DNA of 30,203 nucleotides, from NCBI GenBank assembly GCA_016181305.1, contig JACOZN010000021.1, positions 1 to 30,203 on the forward strand, given 5' to 3'. The position numbers and the translations under genes were made by a program. This DNA is from Candidatus Woesearchaeota archaeon (GTDB taxonomy: Archaea; Nanobdellota; Nanobdellia; Woesearchaeales; GW2011-AR4). The notes under the pieces were generated by a model. The model did not search any database and was not told the origin of the DNA. It was given only the letters and a program-made list of their open reading frames with translations. Of this stretch, positions 15,503-24,852 are shown in pieces. Position 1 is the stretch's first letter, and each line of letters opens with the position of its first letter.

Positions 15503-15973
15503 TCAATCGCTGGTTTTAGCTGGAATTCTTATTTTGTCGCCGAGGCTTATCCTGTTCCTTATTGCAAAATTTTCATTCACTTCCAAAACATACTTTGCCG
15601 GCTTCGCAGATTTGTACAACGCGCAAGGCTCTGCCCAGCAGGGGACAGCATGCCTGATCTCGACAATCTCAAAATTTCCGTCAATGAAAATCATGTCCAG
15701 AGGAATCAGGGTGTTCTTCATCCAGAAAGTTCTTACTGCATTGTCGCCGAAAACAAACAGCATTCCTGCATCTTCATTTAATTTCCCGCGAAACATCAAG
15801 CCCTTTTCAATTTCATCGCTGTCGTCGGCAATTTCAACGTTTATCTTGATTAGATTTTTTCCATTATCAATCCAAACTTGATTTACACTAACATTTTTTG
15901 CGCAATTTGCTGAAAAAAACAATAAAAAAACTACAAGAAAAATCATCAAAAATTTTGCAGTTTTTTGGCGCAT
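15503..15973 (-). CDS. DUF192 family protein
   Basis: VEIADD...EKGLMFR...GMLFVF...FWMKNTLIPLDMIF...KYVLEVN. ATG at 15973 preferred over TTG at 15994. Confidence 0.9.
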   Translation of the reverse strand: MRQKTAKFLMIFLVVFLLFFSANCAKNVSVNQVWIDNGKNLIKINVEIADDSDEIEKGLMFRGKLNEDAGMLFVFGDNAVRTFWMKNTLIPLDMIFIDGNFEIVEIRHAVPCWAEPCALYKSAKPAKYVLEVNENFAIRNRISLGDKIRIPAKTSD

Positions 15974-16044
15974 TTTTAATGAAATTTTTTTCAAAACTTA
16001 TTAAATTTTTGCTTAAAAATCATACAAAAATCCGGAAAATCACA

Positions 16045-16235
16045 ATTAGAATTTATTAAAATATTTAGTTTTTAATCATATATCTTGAGTGTATTAATAT
16101 ATTTTATTATACCTTTTATATTAATATTATTAAAATAATTATTATTTTATAACTATTTACTAAACTATATTTTCTAATATATATTTTACTCATAATTTTA
16201 TTTTCTATATAGAAAAATATATCTAAAAAGTAATG
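16045..16235. other. Extremely AT-rich non-coding tract in a divergent intergenic region
   Basis: About 190 bp with very few G/C; includes palindrome TTTTCTATATAGAAAA (16201-16216); followed by two TGAG..GTTCC motifs. Confidence 0.7.
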
Positions 16236-16347
16236 TTACAGAGTAAAAAGTGAGAGTTCCTAGAGCAAAAATGAGTGAGTTCCCTATCAGAAAATAACAG
16301 ATTCTTAGCAAAATAGTGTTAGCTGGTAAATCAATACTATCAAGAAA

Positions 16348-16533
16348 ATGGCAACCCTCTTAACAAGATGCTTTGACAAAGCAACAAGGCACTCATATGC
16401 AAAAATGCCAAGCCATAGTTTTGCCCAAATAACCCAGCTTACACATCAAAAATCACTATCTCTTGTTGTGGCGCAGTCAAAAGACACTCAAATTTACATG
16501 CCGTTAGCAAAAAGTGAGACTTTAAGCAATTAG
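16348..16533 (+). CDS. Possible small hypothetical protein
   Basis: 61-aa ATG ORF in otherwise empty space; no motif recognised. Confidence 0.35.
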   Translation: MATLLTRCFDKATRHSYAKMPSHSFAQITQLTHQKSLSLVVAQSKDTQIYMPLAKSETLSN

Positions 16534-16667
16534 GCACCATGAAATTAGACACATATTTTCTATTTATAGGATGTATAAAGCCTGAATTCAGCCTTTATAG
16601 GCGTTTTGGAGAAAATCACTAAAAATATAAACTAAATCAAATTAACTTAAAGTGAGGCAAGCCAAAA

Positions 16668-17468
16668 ATGCACTATTCAGGTAATCTGGAATACATTGTC
16701 GGAGATTCTTATCGTCGGCAAAATCCCATAAGCGTAAATTATTTTTCCAAAAGCCTCGACGACAACTATGGTTTTAGGGGTGAAAATCCGGTTATTTTTG
16801 AAAGGCAATATACTGAAACATTTACTAATCCAACCAAACTCAGTCAATATCAAAATCAGCAAAAATACATGACAAACTACGCCACAAGCCATTCGTTCCA
16901 GCCAGAAATCTTCCTCAACCAGTCTCGCCCAAAAACAAGATTTATCGACGACAATGATAAAATAAAAGATATTGTAAAAGAAGCTTTTGAATTAATGACT
17001 GGCAAAAAATTACCCGATGAAATTTCAATAAGCATCCTGCCTTTTGATGAATTCAGATTATTGCATTCTGGCTTTGGCGCATGGAGCAATGGTATTCTGG
17101 GCTTCTCCATCAATGGAAAGAAAAAGCAAGTATTTGTCAGGGAAAACCATCTTGATGCTTTGATGCTTGTCATAGGGCATGAAATCGGGCATGTCTTGAC
17201 AGATGTATTGCCCAACAGGCACGATGAAGAGGCAAAAGCCTTTGCCTTCTCAATAGAGTGGGCTAAAACAATCAAAAATCACAACATAGACAATTTGGGG
17301 CTGGGCATAAAAGACAGCATTGACTTCCAGCCTGCAAGAAACGGCCTGCATGATGTTGCCTTTGCATTTGTTGACTTTATGGTTAAGAAAGGAAGAAAGG
17401 CTATTGAGCTGCATAAGGATTTGGTTAAGGGTTATGTTTCGGTGTTTGGTGAAATTTATCTTATCTAG
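16668..17468 (+). CDS. Putative zincin-like metalloprotease (HExxH)
   Basis: LVIGHEIGHVL followed by HDEEAKAFAF; SD GAGG upstream. Confidence 0.7.
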   Translation: MHYSGNLEYIVGDSYRRQNPISVNYFSKSLDDNYGFRGENPVIFERQYTETFTNPTKLSQYQNQQKYMTNYATSHSFQPEIFLNQSRPKTRFIDDNDKIKDIVKEAFELMTGKKLPDEISISILPFDEFRLLHSGFGAWSNGILGFSINGKKKQVFVRENHLDALMLVIGHEIGHVLTDVLPNRHDEEAKAFAFSIEWAKTIKNHNIDNLGLGIKDSIDFQPARNGLHDVAFAFVDFMVKKGRKAIELHKDLVKGYVSVFGEIYLI

Positions 17469-17838
17469 GGCTTTCCTTTTTCGGCTTGTAAACTCCAACA
17501 TAAAACCTTGTGTTGTATTCCATATCAACTTGGAAGAAGGATATATGGACTCCTTTTTCCCTGCCAATCTCTCTCACCCTGTCTTCAAGACAGCTTAGGT
17601 ATTCCAGCCCAGCTCCCGGTGGAAATTTATAGTGCAAACTGACTTCTTTTGAAATTGGGTTATATCCGGGATGGTTTGCAATTTTTTTCCATTCAGATTC
17701 CAATTGCTCTACAATTTTCTGGGCATCCTTTTGGCATGGAAAATATTTTAGAATGTTTTGAAGTAATCCTTTTAATAAATAACCTGTAAGAAAGCCCGCT
17801 GCTAGTATCACAAGTCCCCGTTTATACTTTGTTTCCAT
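17461..17838 (-). CDS. Hypothetical protein with N-terminal membrane anchor (AT-richer)
   Basis: 125-aa ATG ORF, hydrophobic residues about 8-25. Confidence 0.7.
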   Translation of the reverse strand: METKYKRGLVILAAGFLTGYLLKGLLQNILKYFPCQKDAQKIVEQLESEWKKIANHPGYNPISKEVSLHYKFPPGAGLEYLSCLEDRVREIGREKGVHISFFQVDMEYNTRFYVGVYKPKKESPR

Positions 17839-17890
17839 TTTATAGGGGTAATAGAATATAGTTTTTAAATATTCGTTAATAAATACAGAA

Positions 17891-18589
17891 TCACAAATAA
17901 AGGTTCTCGCTTATGTCCTGCGCTTCCTGGCTTTTCTGCAGTATGGTTTTCAGCTTTTCCTCAAACTTCTGCGCCTGCTCCATCAGGGGCTTGTAGTCCA
18001 AGTCCATTCCAAGGTATTTGTCAAGGGCCTCGATAAGCTTGGCCGCAGCCTTGCTGTCAGGCAAATTAGAGTGTGTTTCGGCAAACAGGCAGCTTACAGG
18101 CGTTTTTTCAATCCTGAGCAGCACTGCGCCCGTAACCCCGATTATGATGCCTTCCTTCAAAGCCCCGATTCCGGCTTTCTCAAAAGCCTTTACGCTCTTT
18201 TCATTGCCGGAGTGGTAAAATACCCTGCCGCCTTCGCTGTCCTCTCCTGATCCCACCCCCTCAAGGGATATGATTTCTTTCGCCTGCAAGTCAGACGCTA
18301 TCCTGGCTATTGTATCAGCCATTTCCCACTCGTAATGGCTTGCGGCTATTATCGCATGCAGAATCACGATGTTGTATTCCTTGTTGTAAAATATGCCCAG
18401 CGGCTCAACTATCCTGCTTTCGTGGATTGCAATCATGGCAGGCATGTCATTAAACAAAATCTTGCCAATCTGCTCTGTCTTTAAATGTTCTACCAAGAAC
18501 TCCGATGCAATCGTGCCTACAAGCCCAAAGCCCGGAAAACCCTCGATTATGATGCAGTTTTTCGGCTTCTTCCACAGCTTTACTTCCAT
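17891..18589 (-). CDS. PAC2-family proteasome assembly chaperone (PbaA/PbaB-like)
   Basis: IIEGFPGFGLVGTIASEFL, ISLEGVG, LPDSKAAAKLI; C-terminal LYL fits the HbYX motif; SD GAGGTG before ATG 18589. Confidence 0.9.
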   Translation of the reverse strand: MEVKLWKKPKNCIIIEGFPGFGLVGTIASEFLVEHLKTEQIGKILFNDMPAMIAIHESRIVEPLGIFYNKEYNIVILHAIIAASHYEWEMADTIARIASDLQAKEIISLEGVGSGEDSEGGRVFYHSGNEKSVKAFEKAGIGALKEGIIIGVTGAVLLRIEKTPVSCLFAETHSNLPDSKAAAKLIEALDKYLGMDLDYKPLMEQAQKFEEKLKTILQKSQEAQDISENLYL

Positions 18590-18683
18590 CACACACCTCT
18601 TTTGCTGAAATGGCACAAGCAAATAGAAATATTTAAATATATGCTTTTTCAGGACTTAATTAATCAAATCAAAAGGTGATTTC

Positions 18684-18818
18684 ATGAAGATTTTCAAGAG
18701 TAAAAAAGGAATGATATCAGCGCATCCGGTGTACATGTTCCTCATAGGAGTTGTGGCCGGCTTGGTTCTGGCTTATGTGTGGATTAAATATATAAATTTT
18801 CCAAATCCATACGTATAA
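18684..18818 (+). CDS. 44-aa protein with class III (pilin-type) signal peptide, copy 1 (missed by the ORF track)
   Basis: MKIFKSKKG/MISAHPVYMFLIGVVAGLVLAYVWIKYINFPNPYV*; SD AGGTGA. Confidence 0.8.
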   Translation: MKIFKSKKGMISAHPVYMFLIGVVAGLVLAYVWIKYINFPNPYV

Positions 18819-18833
18819 ATGGAAGGTGACTGC

Positions 18834-18980
18834 ATGAAAATTTTTAATGATAAGAGAGGAATTGTAACACATCCGGTTACAATGTTTATTTTTGCGCTGG
18901 TTCTCGGCTTGGTTCTGGCTTATATTTGGGTGCATTACATAAATATCCCAAACCCATACTGCAGCGCGCCTAAGCCATAA
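18834..18980 (+). CDS. 48-aa protein with class III (pilin-type) signal peptide, copy 2 (missed by the ORF track)
   Basis: MKIFNDKRG/IVTHPVTMFIFALVLGLVLAYIWVHYINIPNPYCSAPKP*; SD AGGTGA; clear paralog of copy 1. Confidence 0.8.
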   Translation: MKIFNDKRGIVTHPVTMFIFALVLGLVLAYIWVHYINIPNPYCSAPKP

Positions 18981-18986
18981 GAAATT

Positions 18987-19361
18987 TTACAGTTCCATTG
19001 CAAAAGTGGCAACCATCAGGAAAGCGCCTTCTATAATCAATATGAAATTGTATACTGTGCCGGGCAGCCACTTCAGCTCAAACCAGCCCCATCCAATGCC
19101 AAAGCTGTGAAGCACAGGCAGCAATCCTGAAAGCAATGCTATTCCCGCAATTGCAATCGAGAATGTGCCTATAATATTGCTGTTTGTTATTTCAATAATC
19201 GAATTCCAGACTAGGTATAAAGCAGCAACTGCAACTATCCATACAACAACAGAAACCTTCAGGTCATTCAAAAATGTAAAATAGCCGAGCATTGGCAGCA
19301 GCCCAAGCAAGCCAACAGCCAGTCCGGCAAAAAAAGAAACCCAATCCCTTGCCTGCATCAT
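18987..19361 (-). CDS. Four-helix membrane protein of unknown function
   Basis: 124 aa, almost entirely hydrophobic; SD GAGG upstream. Confidence 0.8.
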   Translation of the reverse strand: MMQARDWVSFFAGLAVGLLGLLPMLGYFTFLNDLKVSVVVWIVAVAALYLVWNSIIEITNSNIIGTFSIAIAGIALLSGLLPVLHSFGIGWGWFELKWLPGTVYNFILIIEGAFLMVATFAMEL

Positions 19362-19397
19362 TTTAAAGCCTCTTTTTTGAATTTAGTATTATAAAAT

Positions 19398-20390
19398 TTA
19401 TGCTGCTTCCCTTTTCGTCTGTGCAGCTGCCTCTATTCCCAAAGCCAGCTTCCCGGCTTCCTCTTCTGCTGCCATTATCCTTCTTAATCCCTGCGCAAGC
19501 ACATGCGCATGTTCAGCCAGCTTTGTCTTCAGCTCCTCAAAGTCCGTTATCCTCTCGTTTTCCGGAAGTTTTGGCATTACCTGATCGCGGTAATATTTTT
19601 CCATCAATGTTTCGTCATCATCAATATACTTCAAGGTAAGCAGTGTCAGCAGGAAGTCCCTTTTTGCAATGATGGTATCATTGTGCAGTTCTGTTTCTAT
19701 GTCCTTTTGTATTTCAGCCAGCGCAGTTTTAATATGCAACTCTGCAAGCCTTTTGTCTTTTTTGACTCTATCCCAGGTGTATAAGGCATCATACACGCGT
19801 TTTTTGTCGCGCCTGAGCTTGTTAAGCCCCTTGCTTGCTGCCCTCACCTCGAGCCTTAGCGCAAGCGCTGATAATATATTCAACAAACTTTCATCATCCT
19901 TCATGCTTAATCTAAGCCTTTCCATCAAGGCTTTGTAGTCACCTCTTTTTTCAGCAACCCTTATAATCGGTTCTAAATACTTGAAATAAAGCTCCCTGTC
20001 CTCTCCATGTGCGTTTGCAAGTATAGTTTTGATTTTACGCCCAAACTCAGCTTCGTTACTTATAGGGCCGTGCAATTTTTCATGCTCCATCAACCTTTTT
20101 TCTATTTCCTCAACTTCTTTAAGTGAAAGGGTTTCTTCTACCTGCTCATTAAAGCCAAGCTCAAACTCTGATTCAACTGCCTTTTTGGAATCTTTGAATA
20201 ATGTTTTCTGCTCTTTCAGTGCAGGCGTAACATCATGCTTCAGAACCTTCTCAGGAATGCTGTTGTAGATTTTAAACCTCATGTGCCTCAGAACGCGAAA
20301 AACAGTCCTGCCTTCACCCCTCATTTCCCATCGCATGATGAACGGAGCCTTGAATATCTTACTGAAAAACTTGGTTAACCATCCAGCCAT
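19398..20390 (-). CDS. Helical/coiled-coil hypothetical protein
   Basis: 330-aa ATG ORF, charged and alpha-helical; SD AGGTGA upstream. Confidence 0.8.
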   Translation of the reverse strand: MAGWLTKFFSKIFKAPFIMRWEMRGEGRTVFRVLRHMRFKIYNSIPEKVLKHDVTPALKEQKTLFKDSKKAVESEFELGFNEQVEETLSLKEVEEIEKRLMEHEKLHGPISNEAEFGRKIKTILANAHGEDRELYFKYLEPIIRVAEKRGDYKALMERLRLSMKDDESLLNILSALALRLEVRAASKGLNKLRRDKKRVYDALYTWDRVKKDKRLAELHIKTALAEIQKDIETELHNDTIIAKRDFLLTLLTLKYIDDDETLMEKYYRDQVMPKLPENERITDFEELKTKLAEHAHVLAQGLRRIMAAEEEAGKLALGIEAAAQTKREAA

Positions 20391-20666
20391 TATTTTTCAC
20401 CTTTTTATATCCAAACCCTTTTACTCTCTTTATATAAATCTTTCTTTTTTGTTGAGTTTTTGGGAGTGGTAAAAGAAATAGATGTAGCTGGTAATTAAGT
20501 AGAATAAACACAAGCGAATTACTTCTATCGCGTTTTGAATCAGGAAGTCGCTCTCGTTTTTTGTTTATTTTTATCATGTTTATACATACCCATTGAGTGG
20601 AAATTTATTTTAACAGCCTCTCTGAAAATAAAAAACCCTTATAAACTATAAAAATACCCAGGAAGT

Positions 20667-22538
20667 ATGCTGACCGAAGAGCTTCAAAAAGAAATCTGCT
20701 TTCCTTATTCTAAAATAAGAGATGTGCAAGGCAATATGATTTCCGATGTTTATAATGCCATTAAGGGCAAAAAGCGCATAATAATGCATGCTCCTACGGG
20801 CATAGGCAAGACCATTGCAGTTTTGGCGCCTGCCTTGTCGTTAGCAATCAAAAACAACCTGACAATATTCTTCCTTACTTCAAGGCAAACCCAGCATAAA
20901 ATCGTTGTTGACACATTGAAGCAGATAAGGCAGAAATTTGATATTGATGCCGGGTGCGCTGACATAATCGGCAAGAAATGGATGTGCCTGCAAAAGGGCG
21001 CTGATGCAATGGCTACAGGCGCTTTCCACGAGTACTGCAAGTCACTGAGGGATGAAAGCAATTGCGAGTTCTATTCAAACACAAGAAAGCAGGGCATGCA
21101 GCCCACTATAGGCGCTGCCCAGGCAATTGAGGAGCTTAAAGTTATCGGGCCGTGCCATGTGCACGAGTTCGTCGAGCAGGGCAAAATCAAGAAGATGTGC
21201 CCTTATGAGCTGGCTGCGCTGGCAGCCTCAAATGCAAAAGTGATAATAGCGGATTACTATTATATTTTCAATCCGTCCATCAGGGATTCTTTCCTGCTCA
21301 AGATAAAAAAAGAGCTTGAAAACGTAATCCTGATAGTTGATGAAGCCCACAACCTGCCAAACAGGGTCAGGGAGCTTTTGACTCATAAGACATCAAGCCT
21401 GTTAATAGATAACGCCAAAAAAGAGGCTGGAAGGCATGGCTGTGACGAAGCAGTTGCCAGCCTGGAGATTGTAGAGAATGCTGTTTTTGAAGTTGGGAAA
21501 GACATAGAAAATGAGGGTGTTGTCAGCAAAAATTCACTGGTTGACGCCGTAAGCAGGTCAAAAAACTACGATGATATGGCAGCTGAGCTTTTCTTTATTG
21601 GAGAAGGCATAAGGGACAAGCAGAAGATAAGCTATGTGCTAAGCGTTGCAAAGTTCCTGGAGGCATGGCTCGGCTCCGACATAGGCTTTGGAAGGATTCT
21701 GAAAAAAGAAATGGACAAGAAGCTCAAAATAAGCCTGGTCTACAGGTGCCTCGACCCTTCGCTTGCGGCAAAGGACGTGATTGGGAGAAGCTGCTCTGCA
21801 ATTTTAATGTCAGGCACTTTGACCCCAACTTCAATGTACAGGGACATTCTCGGCTTTAACGAGGCTGTTGAAAAGGAATACAAGAGCCCTTTCCCAAAAA
21901 AGAACCGCCTCAATCTTATAATCCCAAAGACGACGACAAAGTTTGTTCAAAGAAGCAACAGGCAATACGCTGAAATAGCAAATGTCTGCTGCGATATTGT
22001 TGATTTGGTTAATGGTAATTCGGCGATATTCTTTCCAAGCTACGAGCTGATGCTTAATGTTAATGAATACCTGCAAAAACAATCAAAAAAACCGGTATTT
22101 ATAGAAAAACAAACTCAAACAAAAAAAGACAAGGAAGAGCTTTTGGCTGCATTCAAAAGCCATAAAGGCAAAGGAGCCGTGCTTCTCGGCATCTCAACAG
22201 GCTCTTTTGGGGAGGGAATTGATATGCCCGGAGTGCTCAAGTCGGTAATCATAGCTGGCCTGCCGCTGGAGAAGCCCGATGTTGAGAAAAAGCTGCTTAT
22301 AGAATATTATGATGACAAGTTTGGCAAAGGCTTTGAGTACGGCTATGTTTTGCCTGCCATCACAAAATGCCTTCAGAATGCAGGCAGGTGCATCCGCTCA
22401 GAAACAGACAAAGGAGCCATTATTTTCTTGGACGAAAGATACGCCTGGAGAAATTATTACAGCTGTTTTCCTGAAGAATGGGATATGGAAGTCAGCCTGG
22501 ATTATGAAAGTGCTTTGAAGGAATTTTTTGGGAAATGA
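20667..22538 (+). CDS. xpd: XPD/Rad3/DinG-family Fe-S DNA helicase
   Basis: APTGIGKT, Fe-S cysteines (WMCL, YCK, NCEF, MCPY), DEAH, MSGTL, EGID, QNAGRCIR. Confidence 0.92.
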   Translation: MLTEELQKEICFPYSKIRDVQGNMISDVYNAIKGKKRIIMHAPTGIGKTIAVLAPALSLAIKNNLTIFFLTSRQTQHKIVVDTLKQIRQKFDIDAGCADIIGKKWMCLQKGADAMATGAFHEYCKSLRDESNCEFYSNTRKQGMQPTIGAAQAIEELKVIGPCHVHEFVEQGKIKKMCPYELAALAASNAKVIIADYYYIFNPSIRDSFLLKIKKELENVILIVDEAHNLPNRVRELLTHKTSSLLIDNAKKEAGRHGCDEAVASLEIVENAVFEVGKDIENEGVVSKNSLVDAVSRSKNYDDMAAELFFIGEGIRDKQKISYVLSVAKFLEAWLGSDIGFGRILKKEMDKKLKISLVYRCLDPSLAAKDVIGRSCSAILMSGTLTPTSMYRDILGFNEAVEKEYKSPFPKKNRLNLIIPKTTTKFVQRSNRQYAEIANVCCDIVDLVNGNSAIFFPSYELMLNVNEYLQKQSKKPVFIEKQTQTKKDKEELLAAFKSHKGKGAVLLGISTGSFGEGIDMPGVLKSVIIAGLPLEKPDVEKKLLIEYYDDKFGKGFEYGYVLPAITKCLQNAGRCIRSETDKGAIIFLDERYAWRNYYSCFPEEWDMEVSLDYESALKEFFGK

Positions 22539-22622
22539 ATTTTTTAAATAATCAATATACATTTCCCTATACTAGTATCTAAAAGCGAAATGTTTATATA
22601 CTGGTTCTGCTTTCTGTTAGAA

Positions 22623-23033
22623 ATGGTTATCCTTTTTGACAGGTTCAACCTGCCTGAGGATATATATGAGGTTATTTTTGCGACAAAGCAGCAAATCATC
22701 GTTGCTAAACTGCTCATAGAGATGATGAAGGACAATGGCGGAGAGATTGGCAAAACAGAGATGTCTTTGTTCGCAACCAAGCTTCATGAAGGCAGCTTGA
22801 TAACAGACTTGATAGAGGAACCTCCGTACAAGGGCAAGAAAGTCAAGGTAAGCTATAACAAAAGGCAGTTTTACGACAGAATATTGACGCCCATGAAAAG
22901 CATGGGGCTTATCGACTACGACTTGTACAAGAAGACATACAGGATAAGCGACAAGTTCAACAAGGACTTGCAGCACATCGGCTTGCTGTGGATACGCGAA
23001 ATGCGAAAGCCGCCAAAATCGGTTGTAAGGTAA
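22623..23033 (+). CDS. Conserved hypothetical protein, possibly winged-helix
   Basis: RQFYDRILTPMKSMGLIDYDLYKKTYRIS resembles a wHTH wing. Start moved to ATG 22623. Confidence 0.75.
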   Translation: MVILFDRFNLPEDIYEVIFATKQQIIVAKLLIEMMKDNGGEIGKTEMSLFATKLHEGSLITDLIEEPPYKGKKVKVSYNKRQFYDRILTPMKSMGLIDYDLYKKTYRISDKFNKDLQHIGLLWIREMRKPPKSVVR

Positions 23034-23085
23034 CGAGTTCACAATAAAATCAAAAAGTAGAGGTGAAAAAGCTTACACTCTTCAA

Positions 23086-23152
23086 ATTTGGCCCCCCGAA
23101 AACGTTTTCTTCTCAAACCACCCCCACGTATAAACGAAAAAGGGGGCCAAAT
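23086..23152. repeat. 11-bp perfect inverted repeat ATTTGGCCCCC / GGGGGCCAAAT enclosing a C-rich loop
   Basis: Arms at 23086-23096 and 23142-23152; intergenic once starts are corrected. Confidence 0.8.
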
Positions 23153-23159
23153 AATCTTC

Positions 23160-23426
23160 ATGGCGCATGAGCATCTTGTCAAATGGGGAAAGCACGCCTT
23201 TGAAAAAGGCTTGTCGCTGGCCCACATCGAAAACTATCTTCTGAAAAGGGGCATGAGGCAAAGGGAAGCACTGGAAGCCCTGCATGAAATCACGGCATTT
23301 GAGCATAAAATGCACGAGGAGGCATTGCAGTTGAGAAGGGTGCTGTTCAGCATCCCAATAACGCTGCTGCTGATCGCATCCGGCTTGGTATTCCTTTACC
23401 TGGCTGGCGTTTTAAAGAGCAAGTAG
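23160..23426 (+). CDS. Small protein with C-terminal TM helix
   Basis: ATG at 23160 gives MAHEHLVKWG...; hydrophobic C-terminus. Confidence 0.7.
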   Translation: MAHEHLVKWGKHAFEKGLSLAHIENYLLKRGMRQREALEALHEITAFEHKMHEEALQLRRVLFSIPITLLLIASGLVFLYLAGVLKSK

Positions 23427-23427
23427 A

Positions 23428-23781
23428 ATGAAAACTGAGCTGTCGCACAGGGAATTGGTGAAGCTTGGAAGATTCTACTCAAAGAAGGGGATTTCCCTGA
23501 AAAGGATTGAGGCTGATTTTGGAGAGAAAGGAATCAGCAGAAAAGCCGCGCTCAAGGCTCTAGACGAAATTGAATACCTCAACAAAAAGGAGGCGTTGCA
23601 GGCAGAGCGCGAAGCCGAAGCCAAAAAAGTACAGCCTGAGAAATCAGCCCCCAAGTCTGCCTCCAGCCAGTCAAGCCAAGAATCCGGAGATGAAAAATCA
23701 TCGTTTTGGGCTTATTTCATAGTATTTCTGGTGCTGGTCGGATTGGTGTTGTTTTACTATTTATACAACAACAAATTTTAA
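23428..23781 (+). CDS. Small tail-anchored protein, distant paralog-like of the upstream gene
   Basis: 117 aa; LVK.G...G.S...IE...G...AL.ALDEI pattern shared with the upstream ORF; C-terminal TM helix. Confidence 0.7.
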   Translation: MKTELSHRELVKLGRFYSKKGISLKRIEADFGEKGISRKAALKALDEIEYLNKKEALQAEREAEAKKVQPEKSAPKSASSQSSQESGDEKSSFWAYFIVFLVLVGLVLFYYLYNNKF

Positions 23782-23806
23782 ATAAACATTTTCTATTCTT
23801 TTTGCA

Positions 23807-24454
23807 ATGATTGATTTTGAAAAGCTGAAAGAGGAGCAGCTCAAGCTGGCTAAAAAGGTGATTGTAAGGGATTCTTTTGACAAGCCGGAGCTGATAGGGG
23901 GAGTTGACTGCGCTTTCAGCAACGATAATGTTGTAGCTGCAGTTGTTGTTTGCGATTTCAGGACAATGGAGATTAAAGAAAAGGTTTTTGCTGTGAAAAA
24001 AGCAAATATGCCTTACATTGCAGGATTTCTTGCGTACAGGGAAGGGCCTGCAATTTCAGAGGCATTTACAAAGCTGCAAAACAAGCCGGATATTATGATT
24101 TTTGACGGCAATGGCATACTTCATCCAAGAAGATTTGGCTTGGCTTCTCATATGGGGGTTGCTTTTGATGTTGCTTCAATCGGCATTGCAAAGCAATTGC
24201 TTGTTGGCGAGGAAAAAGGAAATGTCGTTTACGTAGACAAGGGGGCAAGGGCAGCAGTTGTAGTGACAAGGGAAAAGTCAAAGCCCGTTTACATAAGTCC
24301 GGGGCACAAAATAAGCCTCAAGACAAGTGTTGAAATCGTCAAAAAGTGCATGAAATTCCCGCACAAGCTGCCGGAGCCGTTGCATCTTGCTCATAGGTAT
24401 GCGAATGAAGCAAGGGATAAAGTTGAAAAAGGCGAGTTAAAGGCTGAATCATAA
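23807..24454 (+). CDS. nfi: Endonuclease V
   Basis: IGGVD, PYIAGFLAYRE, DGNGILHPRRFGLASH, IGIAK, PVYISPGH, LPEPLHLAH. Confidence 0.95.
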   Translation: MIDFEKLKEEQLKLAKKVIVRDSFDKPELIGGVDCAFSNDNVVAAVVVCDFRTMEIKEKVFAVKKANMPYIAGFLAYREGPAISEAFTKLQNKPDIMIFDGNGILHPRRFGLASHMGVAFDVASIGIAKQLLVGEEKGNVVYVDKGARAAVVVTREKSKPVYISPGHKISLKTSVEIVKKCMKFPHKLPEPLHLAHRYANEARDKVEKGELKAES

Positions 24455-24526
24455 AGTTTCCACAATAATTCCCAATAAATCAAAAAATAAATAAATTTTA
24501 TAAAAGAAACTAATTTCTAGCCGTTT

Positions 24527-24597
24527 GGGCCCATGGTCTAGTGGCAGGACACAACCTTCACAGGGTTGGGGCAGGAGTTCAATTCTTCTTGGGCCCA
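24527..24597 (+). tRNA. tRNA-Val(CAC), CCA not encoded
   Basis: Acceptor stem GGGCCCA/TGGGCCC plus discriminator A; anticodon stem CAACC/GGTTG with loop TTCACAG; T arm AGGAG-TTCAATT-CTTCT; TATA-like TTTTATAAAA upstream. Confidence 0.95.
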
Positions 24598-24852
24598 TTA
24601 TTTCTCGTATTTTATCTTGAGAAAAAGCTGGTAGGCAACAACGAAAAAATAGATGATGTTCAAGACTATGACTGGCATCCCTTGTACCATAATGCCATAG
24701 GCAATCCAGAAAGCTGTGCCAATTAGGATTGAAATAAGCATTAATATGGAAATGTCCTTTACGCTTTTAGTTTTGTAGGACTTTATTATCTGCGGCACTA
24801 TGCTAAAAAGAATGAAAACGCCGGCGATATAGCCTATCATATCCTGAATCAT
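24598..24852 (-). CDS. SemiSWEET/PQ-loop family transporter
   Basis: 84 aa, three TM helices, IVPQIIKSYKTKSVKDIS, PVIVLN. Confidence 0.9.
   Translation of the reverse strand: MIQDMIGYIAGVFILFSIVPQIIKSYKTKSVKDISILMLISILIGTAFWIAYGIMVQGMPVIVLNIIYFFVVAYQLFLKIKYEK

Noticed and set aside
17891-17920. Possible truncation of the PAC2 C-terminus
   Set aside because: It ends in LYL, consistent with an intact HbYX motif.
18717-18935. 72-aa minus-strand track ORF
   Set aside because: It is a shadow of the two plus-strand mini-proteins, which have SD sites and paralogy support.
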